A stretch of 42,286 nucleotides of DNA from a virus (lineage: Duplodnaviria > Caudoviricetes): positions 1 through 42,286 of the IMG/VR virus record IMGVR_UViG_3300012942_000019; one strand, given 5' to 3'. Each line of letters opens with the position of its first letter. Position 1 is the first letter of the stretch. The notes beneath the pieces were generated by a model. It did no database searches. It was not told the DNA's origin and worked only from the letters and a program-made list of their open reading frames with translations. Shown here one piece after another: positions 24,358 through 33,399 of this stretch. Position numbers and translations under genes: made by a program.

Positions 24358-26533
24358 CGTCGCTCCCGATCCTCAGATCAGCCAGCTGCCGGCACAGGCT
24401 CTCGTCGACATCGCCCAGTTCCGCAACACCGACGACGGGCGGAAGCTCGCGCAGTGGGTACATAGCCAGTTCCAGAAGATGAAGGGCGCTCGGAGCTACA
24501 AGCAGCAGCAGTGGGTCGTGAATCTCAGCTTCTTCTACGGGCGTCAGTACCTGGAGCGTATGAACCGACTGATGCCCGGGCAGACCGATTCGCTGCTCTA
24601 CACGCCGAGAAAGCCTGCAAGCGGCCGTCGCCTGACCATCAACCGCACCCGGGCCTTTGTGCGCCAGGAACTCAGCAAGTTCATCTCACAGCAGCCATCG
24701 GCCAATGTCGTGCCGGCCACAGCCGAGGATCAGGACGTTCGGGCCGCTTACGCTGGAGAGCAGGTCTGGGAGTCCGTCTCCTCTAATAGCCATATCGAGC
24801 GCACTTTCGCTCGGAGCGCCTGGTGGATGATCGTCACAGGCAACGGGTTCATCAAGACGTTCTGGAACAACGGCAAGCTCGATCCTATCGCCCAGCAGCA
24901 GGGCTGTATCGAGTTCGGCAATGTCACCCCGTTCAACCTCTATGTCCCGGACATGCGTGAACAGGGCGTTGAGGACCAGCCGTACATCCTCAACGCATAT
25001 GTGCGGCCCGTGGGCTGGTGTCAGAGCTACTTCCGTGACGAGCTGAAGGGCATTACACTCTCTCCGACGACCACAGCGGCCAACGAGATCGTCGAGTCGG
25101 GCTATCTCAACCTCTCTGGCGCCGGCGAGCCGGACAGCTGCATCGTCTACGAGATGTGGATCAAGCCCGGCGGCCACAAGCTGTTCCCGAATGGCGGTGT
25201 CATTATCGCCGTTGACGACACTCTCGTCCAGATCGCCCTCGATGGTATGCCGTACGCGCACAATGAATATCCCTTCACGAAGTTCGAGCACATCCCGACG
25301 GGCACCTTCTACGCTGCAAGTCCCCTGGAAGACCTAAACCAGCTGCAGAAGGAGTACAACACCCTCCGCAGTGAGATCAGCGAGTCCGGCCGGCGTATGG
25401 CAAAGCCAAAGCTGCTCGCACAGCAGGGTTCGATCATCCCGAGTAAGGTCACTGATGAGGCCGGTCAGATCATTCTGTATCGCCATGGTTTTACTCCTCC
25501 GACGCCGATGCAGACCCCGGAGGTCCCGAACTGGTACGTCGAGCAGCAGAACGTCATCCTTGCGGACTGGGAAGAGATCAGTGGGCAGAATGACCCGAGC
25601 AAGGGTCAGGCCCCTACTGGCGTCACTGCTGGCACAGCACTCTCCTACCTGCAGGAACAGGCGAACGCTTTCCTGACCCCGGAGTATCAGAGCATCGAGG
25701 AGGGGTACGAGAAGATCGCCAAGCAGACTCTCGTGCTCTTCAATCAGTACGTGGATGTGCCCCGGAAGATCAAGACCATCGGCGCCGACGGCGCATTCGA
25801 CACCATGCTGCTTTCTGGGTCTGACATCAGCAACGGGACCGACATCCGCATTCAGCCCGGCACTTCTGTCTCGCAGAGCCAGGCAGCGAAGGTTGCCCAG
25901 GTGCAGAGCATGTACTCCATAGGTCTGATCCCCGCCGAGCAGGCTCTTCAGCTGATGGAACTCGGCGGCCCGCAGAAGGTTCTCGACACAGTCGACGCTG
26001 CTAAGCGAAAGGCGCAGCGCGAGAACACGCGTATGAAGATGCTTACACCTCAGGCCATCCAGCAGTACCAGCAGGAGTTCGGACTGGCCTCGATGATGGG
26101 CGAACAGCCGACGCAGAACCCGCTTACTGGTGCGACGCAGGGAGACCCTGTCACAGGTAACCCGTCTGCTCTGGCGAATCTTCCACTTACTGTGCCGCCG
26201 GGAACGCCGCCTCAGCCGGGACCTGTCATCTCCGTTGACGACTTCGATCTGCACCAGGTGCATATCGAGACCCACAACACCTTCCGCATGAGCGAGGAGT
26301 ACGACACGCTCGACCCTGCAGTGAAGGCACAGTTCGCCCTTCACGTGCAGCTGCACCAGCAGGCGCTGGCACAGACGAGCCTTTCTAGCTTCCTTCAGTC
26401 GATGCCATCTGATGGCTCCGATGAGACTGCTCCGGGTACGCCCGGATGGGCGCCGGCCGGAGCGGGAGATATCACACAGCAGGCCTCGCAGTATGCTGCT
26501 GACGATGCTGCACATGCAGCTACCGGAAGCTAG
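24278..26533 (+). CDS. Portal protein (P22-like, long C-terminus)
   Basis: 751 aa between TerL and scaffold. Motifs ...GNGFIK.FW, YPF..F.H, Q.EYN...S, ISG, TAGTA...LQE and DD..H..H...H. SD GGAGG. Confidence 0.85.
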   Translation: MATNSMPSQKSSPSAPMNSSASSQTDNVAPDPQISQLPAQALVDIAQFRNTDDGRKLAQWVHSQFQKMKGARSYKQQQWVVNLSFFYGRQYLERMNRLMPGQTDSLLYTPRKPASGRRLTINRTRAFVRQELSKFISQQPSANVVPATAEDQDVRAAYAGEQVWESVSSNSHIERTFARSAWWMIVTGNGFIKTFWNNGKLDPIAQQQGCIEFGNVTPFNLYVPDMREQGVEDQPYILNAYVRPVGWCQSYFRDELKGITLSPTTTAANEIVESGYLNLSGAGEPDSCIVYEMWIKPGGHKLFPNGGVIIAVDDTLVQIALDGMPYAHNEYPFTKFEHIPTGTFYAASPLEDLNQLQKEYNTLRSEISESGRRMAKPKLLAQQGSIIPSKVTDEAGQIILYRHGFTPPTPMQTPEVPNWYVEQQNVILADWEEISGQNDPSKGQAPTGVTAGTALSYLQEQANAFLTPEYQSIEEGYEKIAKQTLVLFNQYVDVPRKIKTIGADGAFDTMLLSGSDISNGTDIRIQPGTSVSQSQAAKVAQVQSMYSIGLIPAEQALQLMELGGPQKVLDTVDAAKRKAQRENTRMKMLTPQAIQQYQQEFGLASMMGEQPTQNPLTGATQGDPVTGNPSALANLPLTVPPGTPPQPGPVISVDDFDLHQVHIETHNTFRMSEEYDTLDPAVKAQFALHVQLHQQALAQTSLSSFLQSMPSDGSDETAPGTPGWAPAGAGDITQQASQYAADDAAHAATGS

Positions 26534-26542
26534 GAGAAGACC

Positions 26543-26755
26543 ATGACTCGTCAGGCGGACCCCCGCAACGATTACACGCCGCACCTCACGACGCAGAAGC
26601 CGGGCGGCCCCTCGGTCGCCGACCTCTACACCGCGATCAAGGGAGCAGACGCTACCTACACGGACACGCGTCTGAACGGCAAGACCTACAATGATCTCGT
26701 CAGTATCGCTCGCCATCTCGGTGCTGCAGTACCGACCACCAACTCTGTCGCCTAG
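26543..26755 (+). CDS. Small hypothetical virion-region protein
   Basis: SD TAGGAG; lies between portal and scaffold. Confidence 0.7.
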   Translation: MTRQADPRNDYTPHLTTQKPGGPSVADLYTAIKGADATYTDTRLNGKTYNDLVSIARHLGAAVPTTNSVA

Positions 26756-26890
26756 CCTAGCGACGGTACAGGCTTGCGTTTTTAGACGTATGCCCGACTA
26801 AAGTAGGCAACATCGGGCTAGGGCCATATGGTACAGCCCCGTCAATAGCCAGGGCCACGCGCACAGCGGGTACAGCGGAAAGAGGATGCG

Positions 26891-27754
26891 ATGAGCGACG
26901 CACCGGAGATTCAGCAGGCTGAGATCGAGCCGGCGGAGGCAGAAGCCCTCGATACCGGAACCGAAGAGTCGAGCGAAAATCCCGCGTGGGCCGAGATCAA
27001 GTCCACCCTCCCTGAGTCCTTCTACGAGAGCATCAAGCCGACGCTCGCGAAGTGGGACAAGAACTACCAGACGTCGGTTGATAAGGCTGTCGAGAAGCAG
27101 TTCGGGTGGGCCAAGGAACTGCAGGGTAATGGGGTCACTCCTGACCGCATTCAGCAGGCCCTTCTGGTCGCCGACCGCATCGAGACGGACCCTGCGGCTT
27201 TTCATAAGTCGCTCAGCGAATACCTCCAGAAGGAGGGGCGACTTCCCGAGACGCCTGCCGAGATGCAGGAGGTCATCGAGGACGCACAGGAGGGTACCGA
27301 GAGCCCCTTCGACATCACCAAGGACCCCCAGTTCAAGGCGATGAAGGAACAGCTCGACGGGCTCCTCCAGATGCAGCAGCAGAGTCAGAGCGCTCAGCAG
27401 GCTGCTCAGGTGCAGGAAGCAGTCAACGCTGAACTCACCGATCTTCGTCAGGCTCACCCCGAGCTGGACGATGCCGACGTCAATGAGGTTATGCGAAGCG
27501 CGATGCTGGAGGCCATGCAGGCCGACCAGGATGGCGGGAAGACCAAGATCCGACCGCTGGCTGAGCACGCTGCTCAGTACATCGAGCTTCAGAACCGCAT
27601 CCTTTCCCGGCCCCGTGCCGCTAGCCAGGCCCCCCGACTTGTTCCTACTTCCGGTGGTGTTCCTGCCACGCAGACCCAGTCGAAGTCGCTCGGACAGCTG
27701 TCCAGCGACGAGACTCAGAGCGTCGTGGCAAGTTACCTTTCCGGCGGTAAGTAG
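26891..27754 (+). CDS. Capsid scaffolding protein
   Basis: Acidic, Gln-rich coiled-coil protein directly upstream of the major capsid gene. Confidence 0.8.
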   Translation: MSDAPEIQQAEIEPAEAEALDTGTEESSENPAWAEIKSTLPESFYESIKPTLAKWDKNYQTSVDKAVEKQFGWAKELQGNGVTPDRIQQALLVADRIETDPAAFHKSLSEYLQKEGRLPETPAEMQEVIEDAQEGTESPFDITKDPQFKAMKEQLDGLLQMQQQSQSAQQAAQVQEAVNAELTDLRQAHPELDDADVNEVMRSAMLEAMQADQDGGKTKIRPLAEHAAQYIELQNRILSRPRAASQAPRLVPTSGGVPATQTQSKSLGQLSSDETQSVVASYLSGGK

Positions 27755-27799
27755 ATCTGAGGGTCCGGCTCCGAATCCCACCAGATAGGAGAAGCCGAA

Positions 27800-29017
27800 A
27801 TGGCCCCCACCACTCTCGCGTCGCTTGACCCCATCATGAAGGAGGTCTACGCGCCGCGTATCCGCGAGCAGCTGAACACCGAGACGACCGCGCTCAAGCG
27901 CATCACGCGCTCCAGCGCAGGCGTCACCAATGAGGTCGGTGGCAAGTACGTCACCTTCCCGCTGCACACCCGCCGTAACGCCGGCATCGGTTCCCGCCGC
28001 GAAGGTCAGCCCCTTCCCGCGCCCGGCAGCCAGGGCTACGCCGCGGCCCGTGTCGGCCTGAAGTACGCCTACGGCTCGGTGCAGCTCACCGGCCAGGCCA
28101 TCTCGCTGACCGATTCCGACCCGAAGGCCTTCGCTCGCGCCCTCGACCAGGAGGTGAATGGCCTCAAGGATGACCTCCTGAAGGACATGAACCGACAGGT
28201 CTACGGCTCGGGCAACGGCGCCATCGGCACCGTCGCGACTACCGCGGCGAGCGGCACGACCATTGCGGTCACCGATGCGCGTCTCTTCCAGATCGGCGAG
28301 GTTCTGGACCTCATCACCCTCCCCTCGACGGTTGCAACCGCAGGCCTCGTCGTCGTGGGTGTCGACACGGATGCCAACACCGTCACCGTCGGTACTGCTA
28401 CCGCGGTCACCGCCGGCCAGATCCTCGTCCGTACCGGTTCCGGCCCGGACGCATCCGGCAACCTGGAAATCACCGGCCTCGCCGCCATCGTGAACAACAC
28501 CGGCACCCTTTACAACGTCGACCCCACCGTGGAGCCGACCTGGAAGGCTGTGGTGGACTCGAACGGCGGCACTGCTCGCGCTCTCACTGAGGGCTCCATG
28601 ATCTCGATGGTCGACAAGATCCGCACCAACGGTGGCTCTACCACCCTGATGCTGACCTCTCTGGGCGTGCGCAAGGCGTACTTCAACCTTCTCTCCCAGA
28701 CGCGGTCTACGGTCAACTCGGTGGACTTCACGGGCGGCTTCAAGGGTCTCGCGTTCACGACCGATCAGGGTGACATCCCGCTCGTTGCCGACGTCGACTC
28801 GCCGAAGGGGCAGATTCTCTACCTCAACGAGAACAACATCACCTACTACCACGACGAGGACTGGCACTGGCTCGACCGTTCCGGTTCGATGTGGGAGCGC
28901 AAGGTCGACGCCAGCGGCACCTACGACGCCTGGTACGCGAACATGGTCGAGTACCACGAGCTGGGAACCGACCGGCGCAACACGCACGGCAAGCTGGTGG
29001 ACCTCCTGGAGGCCTAA
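27800..29017 (+). CDS. Major capsid protein
   Basis: 405 aa with extreme codon bias, strong SD and a downstream hairpin. Contains KEVY, E...LP..G, DMNRQ.YG.G.G and a beta-rich insertion. Confidence 0.9.
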   Translation: MAPTTLASLDPIMKEVYAPRIREQLNTETTALKRITRSSAGVTNEVGGKYVTFPLHTRRNAGIGSRREGQPLPAPGSQGYAAARVGLKYAYGSVQLTGQAISLTDSDPKAFARALDQEVNGLKDDLLKDMNRQVYGSGNGAIGTVATTAASGTTIAVTDARLFQIGEVLDLITLPSTVATAGLVVVGVDTDANTVTVGTATAVTAGQILVRTGSGPDASGNLEITGLAAIVNNTGTLYNVDPTVEPTWKAVVDSNGGTARALTEGSMISMVDKIRTNGGSTTLMLTSLGVRKAYFNLLSQTRSTVNSVDFTGGFKGLAFTTDQGDIPLVADVDSPKGQILYLNENNITYYHDEDWHWLDRSGSMWERKVDASGTYDAWYANMVEYHELGTDRRNTHGKLVDLLEA

Positions 29018-29033
29018 TACCAGATCAAGCTTG

Positions 29034-29065
29034 AGCCCCTGTCGTTCTTCGGAGCGACAGGGGCT
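29034..29065 (+). terminator. Stem-loop after the major capsid gene
   Basis: AGCCCCTGTCGTTC-TTCG-GAGCGACAGGGGCT: 14-bp stem with a C(UUCG)G tetraloop and a weak U tail. Confidence 0.8.
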
Positions 29066-29083
29066 TCGGCTATGCTGGCCATC

Positions 29084-29398
29084 GTGTACGGAGAGCGCGA
29101 GTACTACGAGAAGCGTTCCGGTCTGGTGCCACCGGAGGACTACAGCCTCGGCGACCATCAAACCGCGTATTGGGCTAACGAACTTGGCATGACGCTGGAC
29201 GACCCGCAGAACCAGGACGATGTCGAGCTGGCGTTCCTCATGGACCAGCTGGAGATGACAGACGGTTCCGTCAACACGCTGAACCTGATCTACTGGCAGC
29301 AGCAGGCCGAGTCCGTATTCGATCTCGATCTGCCTGATGGGCTTTCTGTTGATGACTACAAGGCAGCCTGCCTCATGGCCGACCTGGAGGAAGAGTGA
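29084..29398 (+). CDS. Hypothetical acidic protein (GTG 29084 preferred; in-frame ATG at 29072)
   Basis: TATGCT lies 7 nt before the GTG; operon position. Confidence 0.65.
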   Translation: MYGEREYYEKRSGLVPPEDYSLGDHQTAYWANELGMTLDDPQNQDDVELAFLMDQLEMTDGSVNTLNLIYWQQQAESVFDLDLPDGLSVDDYKAACLMADLEEE

Positions 29399-29868
29399 TG
29401 GAGAAGCTGCTCAGCGCATTCAGTGCAGGGTCGTGGAACAGCGATCTCGGCGAGTTCGTCTCAGACGACCACCAGCGACTTGCTGAGATCATTCATGACT
29501 ACAACCCCGCCATGTCGCTGCTCTACATCCCGCAGCGAGATCGTGCGGGTGAAGTCAGCTTTCCCTTCGCGATCAAAGAGGAGCAGCTTGGTGCCGAGCC
29601 GGTTATCATCCGCTATCTCACCGCTGACCAGATGCGCCGGCCGAATGAGATCCTTGCATGGCTGTTCGAGGGCGATCTTCGGAAGCATCGACCCCAGGAT
29701 GTCCTCGCCCGGCTTGAGGCCGAAGACCTGGCTGACAAGCTTTTGTCGCTGAAGAAGCTGGAAGACGAGACCGCGGACCGAGAGGACAAGGTCGCGTTTG
29801 CGGTTAGTGGTGGGCGAGATCGTAAGCACACTGTTCGGCTTGGTAGCGGCCGAAAGGTAGAGCGCTAA
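29395..29868 (+). CDS. Hypothetical virion-assembly-region protein
   Basis: SD GGAGG and overlaps with both neighbours. Confidence 0.75.
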   Translation: MMEKLLSAFSAGSWNSDLGEFVSDDHQRLAEIIHDYNPAMSLLYIPQRDRAGEVSFPFAIKEEQLGAEPVIIRYLTADQMRRPNEILAWLFEGDLRKHRPQDVLARLEAEDLADKLLSLKKLEDETADREDKVAFAVSGGRDRKHTVRLGSGRKVER

Positions 29869-30539
29869 TGTCTGATTTTTCTGACCCTGGTTCGCTCTCC
29901 AGCATCACCCATACAGTGCAGGATGTGCAGACAGCCGTCTTTCGCCAGTTCGGTGATGAGTCCGGCGTTCAGCTCATCACCGGCGACATCGTTCGATGGA
30001 TCAACATGGCGCAGGAGGAGATCAACAACCGCAACAAGGTGGTGAAGTCCGCCTCCCACACCACTACGACAAAGGACGTCTCTACCTACACTTTCCCGAG
30101 TGTCGCGATCCTGCAGGTAGATGCTCTCTCTGTCGACGGGCGCTTCCTGCCGAGCATCCCTTACGCCGAAGCCCGACGACTGATGAACCGGAACGATCCG
30201 GCTTCCACGTTTGAGGGAAGGCCGCAGTTCTGGTTCGAGTACGGTGGTCAGTTCAACCTGTGGCCAAAGCCTGTGCAGAGCGACTGGGAGATTCAGCTGC
30301 TTTATACGCAGAAGACGACCCCTGTAGTTCACCCGTCTGACCTTCTCGGGCTGCCCGACAAGTATTTCCCCGCCATTGTTCAGTATGTGCTGCAGCAGGC
30401 CTACGAACTCGATGAGGACTGGCAGGCAGTGACTGCCAAGTCGACGCAATTCGACCAGAGGGTTGGTCAGCTTGCCGACGAAGAGCGTCAGTCTCAGTCG
30501 CTCACCTACGAGACTGTTTCGGTGGTGGACGATTGGTAG
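29868..30539 (+). CDS. Head-tail adaptor (podovirus tubular protein A-like)
   Basis: V.RQFGD...I.RWIN.AQ.EI, G.P..W, LWPKP and LP..Y..AIV.Y pattern; size and position fit. Confidence 0.75.
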   Translation: MSDFSDPGSLSSITHTVQDVQTAVFRQFGDESGVQLITGDIVRWINMAQEEINNRNKVVKSASHTTTTKDVSTYTFPSVAILQVDALSVDGRFLPSIPYAEARRLMNRNDPASTFEGRPQFWFEYGGQFNLWPKPVQSDWEIQLLYTQKTTPVVHPSDLLGLPDKYFPAIVQYVLQQAYELDEDWQAVTAKSTQFDQRVGQLADEERQSQSLTYETVSVVDDW

Positions 30540-32122
30540 CCACACCTGTGCTTCTCGGGCCGTTCAGCGGTGGCCTGAACAATGCTGTCGATCCCTCCAG
30601 TGTCGCTGACAACGAACTTGTCTCCATTGAGAACTGGGATATCGACGTCGATGGATCTCTGAAGTCGAGACCACCGTATGTGAACTTCGTAGCTTCGCCG
30701 GTGAACAGCCTGACGCAGACTCAGTCGCCAGACACCCTCGGCATCTTCTATGCCGTCGACGGCACGCCGTGGATCATCTGCTCCAATGGCGTGAACGGAA
30801 CCTATGCCTATCGTGCCGACGTTGCAGACCCGTCTAGCAATGCTGCGTACCATAAAACGGTTTCGTCAACTGTCTCTTATGTCGCAATGGCTCAGTTCAA
30901 CGGGTCTGCCTACCTTGTTGCACCAGGGGGCAGTTGTGGTTCGTGGACCCCTTCAGGTGGGTTCGTCGCTGACGCCAACATGCCTGCAGGCAACACCATT
31001 GCTGTCCACGCCTATCGCCTATTTGTAGCTGCCGGCTATAACGACGGCGCCCAACCGACCCGAGTCTGGTACTCTAACATCCTCTCGGACATCGGACTCG
31101 GTCTATGGACAGCCGCCAACAACTATGTCGACGTCGGTGCCGGTGATGGCCAGGCAGTGACAGCTCTTGTTGACTATGGAACCGAATTGCTGGTCTTTCG
31201 GACGGGGTCTATCTGGTCTCTGTCCTACACCACGGACATCTCCGCAGGCATTGTCCAGCCGACTATTCTGGGAACTGGCCTAGAGGACGGCCGTTGTATT
31301 GCCGTCGCTGAGGACTACATCTATTTCCTCTACCGCGGCCGAGCATACGAGTTCTTCAATAACACCGTCCAGCAGATCAACCAGCTGGTCCAGTTCACTG
31401 GAACGTCCATCGCAGCAAGTGAACCGTTCTGGGTCTCAGTTTTCAACAATCGTGTCATCTTCGGTGCTCACGACTATCAGTACGTCTTCAACCGCATTCT
31501 TCGGGTGTGGACAAGTTGGGTGCGATCTGACGGCCACACCGTTGGACGTCTGATCGAACTACACGCCTCGACTACTCAGCTACCGAAGGCATTCGGTTTC
31601 TTGACGGATTCCGCGTCGTTTTTCTCTTCTGGAAGCACCCCTTCAGCACATCTGCTTGTGATGACTGATGGCTACCTCAGCGGAGTTGCAGAGACGATGG
31701 TCTGCAAAGTTACCACCAAGATGTACGGGTACGGCGCTGAAGCACAGTACAAGAGACTTTTCTGGTGGGGAGTCGACGCTTCGTTCTATGGCGAGCTTGA
31801 CGTATGGGTGCAACCGCTTGTTCTCAATGCTTCGGTGACATGGGGCCAGCTGATTACCCGAGGGATCACCTGGGGCGCACTTCTCAAGTACACCTGGGGA
31901 GACCCTGTTCCACCCATCGTCGCTACTGATAGTGCAGACGGCATCTCGGGCGGGTATGTCCGACGCCGGTTTGCAAAGTTCTTGAAGTCCCTGCGCTTCC
32001 GGCAGATCCAGTACCACATGGAGTTCCACTCGGACGGCACCCCCTCAACCGCACCAACAAGACTGTTCGCTCTGACGACTTTCGTGTCGCTGAAGGAGCA
32101 CGTCTTCGACAAGGTCTCGTAG
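30533..32122 (+). CDS. Tail nozzle / stabilisation protein (tubular protein B, P22 gp10-like)
   Basis: F.GGLN...EN.D....GSL..R N-terminus, beta-propeller-like repeats (RVWYS, GDGQAVTAL, LLVFR); follows the adaptor. Confidence 0.75.
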   Translation: MVATPVLLGPFSGGLNNAVDPSSVADNELVSIENWDIDVDGSLKSRPPYVNFVASPVNSLTQTQSPDTLGIFYAVDGTPWIICSNGVNGTYAYRADVADPSSNAAYHKTVSSTVSYVAMAQFNGSAYLVAPGGSCGSWTPSGGFVADANMPAGNTIAVHAYRLFVAAGYNDGAQPTRVWYSNILSDIGLGLWTAANNYVDVGAGDGQAVTALVDYGTELLVFRTGSIWSLSYTTDISAGIVQPTILGTGLEDGRCIAVAEDYIYFLYRGRAYEFFNNTVQQINQLVQFTGTSIAASEPFWVSVFNNRVIFGAHDYQYVFNRILRVWTSWVRSDGHTVGRLIELHASTTQLPKAFGFLTDSASFFSSGSTPSAHLLVMTDGYLSGVAETMVCKVTTKMYGYGAEAQYKRLFWWGVDASFYGELDVWVQPLVLNASVTWGQLITRGITWGALLKYTWGDPVPPIVATDSADGISGGYVRRRFAKFLKSLRFRQIQYHMEFHSDGTPSTAPTRLFALTTFVSLKEHVFDKVS

Positions 32123-32134
32123 TACGATCCCCTC

Positions 32135-32371
32135 ATGGCATTCAACCCTGTTCGCGGCTTCCTGGCTGGTCCTCAGCAGCCTCAGCCGACCCCTGGGGTA
32201 CCTCCGCAGGCGGGAGGGGGGTTCAACCCTAATTCGGCCGGCCAGAAGGTCTATGGCGGTGGTGATATTGCTCCTCAGCGAGGGCGTATCGAAAACAAAG
32301 AGGGCTATGCACAGCGAGACGCCATCAACGCCCGAATCTCAGCCCTTCGGAACCATCTCGGAGGTGCCTGA
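32135..32371 (+). CDS. Small hypothetical protein
   Basis: TACGAT lies 6 nt before the ATG; TGATG overlap with the next gene. Confidence 0.7.
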   Translation: MAFNPVRGFLAGPQQPQPTPGVPPQAGGGFNPNSAGQKVYGGGDIAPQRGRIENKEGYAQRDAINARISALRNHLGGA

Positions 32372-32547
32372 TGGCTGACCAGAAACCTGCAGACTACCTG
32401 CCGAAGAAGCCCGGCAATAACGAAGCCATTGTCGCGATGGTCGAGAAGGACAAAGGCCCGGTAGGGCCTGGCCACCATAACTCCCACCGCACGGCAGCCA
32501 TCATGAGCTGGCTGGAGAAGCAGGAGAAGAAGAGCCGTGGCAAGTAA
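32371..32547 (+). CDS. Small hypothetical protein (58 aa, MADQKPADYLPKK...)
   Basis: Translated by hand; SD GGAGGT; fills the gap exactly. Confidence 0.65.
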   Translation: MADQKPADYLPKKPGNNEAIVAMVEKDKGPVGPGHHNSHRTAAIMSWLEKQEKKSRGK

Positions 32548-33397
32548 GACGAGTTTCGTGCTTCCGTCTGGCAGCAAGGCCATCATCGGTTCTCCGGGAA
32601 CTGTAAAGGCTAATCCAGCGGATCTTCCTAAGCCTGCGCCCACGACTGCTCAGCGAATTGCAGCACTTCAGCAGGCATACCAGGCTGGGACGCTGTCGAC
32701 TGCAGGGCAGGCTGAGCTGTACGGGCTTCAGAACGGTTCGGACCACTCTGGCGACTACTACAAGAAGTCGTCAAACCAAGCTCTTGCCGAGATGATGGCG
32801 AACCACCTTGCTGGGGGTCACCACTCGCAGGCTTACTACAACAAGCAGGATGCTGCTGCGGCGGCTGCCGCTACTCCTGCGGCCCGTGCTGCTGCTCTTG
32901 CGTCCTGGCAGGGCAACGACCCTACCTACATCAATGAGATGTCGCAGTTGAACAACGCCCAGTCGAACTATGACAATGACGTCGCGACGCAGAAGTCCGG
33001 GTATGACCTCAATACCTATCAGCCTGCCCTTCAGGCCCTTGGCTACACGGGCGCCCTCGATAGCAACGGCAACGCTGTTGCAAGCCCAGGTAGTTGGGCC
33101 TACAACGACAAGAACACAGCCATCGGCAGCAGTTACCAGAGTCAGCTCGGGGACTATGCCAATCGTGGGATGCTTCAGGGCACAGGCTATGCTAACGCCC
33201 TGACCAACCTGCAGCGCAGTGCACAGCAGTCGCTCGACCAGGCCACTACTGCACGACAGACTAACCAGCAGGCGCTTGATGCCGGCCAGACTGCTGAAGA
33301 TCAGCAGATCCAGCAGCAGAAGAACACCGCAGCCGCCAACTCCGCCGCACGCTTCGCTGCGACGCAGAACGGGCTGCCTAACGTGAAGGCGAGCTAG
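32537..33397 (+). CDS. Putative ejection (internal virion) protein 1
   Basis: A/Q/N-rich helical protein with YANRGMLQG.G; first of three proteins of increasing size after the nozzle. Confidence 0.6.
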   Translation: MASKTSFVLPSGSKAIIGSPGTVKANPADLPKPAPTTAQRIAALQQAYQAGTLSTAGQAELYGLQNGSDHSGDYYKKSSNQALAEMMANHLAGGHHSQAYYNKQDAAAAAAATPAARAAALASWQGNDPTYINEMSQLNNAQSNYDNDVATQKSGYDLNTYQPALQALGYTGALDSNGNAVASPGSWAYNDKNTAIGSSYQSQLGDYANRGMLQGTGYANALTNLQRSAQQSLDQATTARQTNQQALDAGQTAEDQQIQQQKNTAAANSAARFAATQNGLPNVKAS

Positions 33398-33399
33398 TC

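Noticed and set aside
27752-27800. Scaffold and capsid genes are in the same frame, suggesting a readthrough fusion
   Set aside because: The TAG is followed one codon later by an in-frame TGA, and the capsid gene has its own strong SD.
26798-29161. 787-aa minus-strand ORF (and similar long ones at 22070-23776, 25334-26716, 37165-38619, 19477-20751)
   Set aside because: These are antisense shadows of strongly GC3-biased plus-strand genes. Their translations are V/L/G/R-rich with no motifs.
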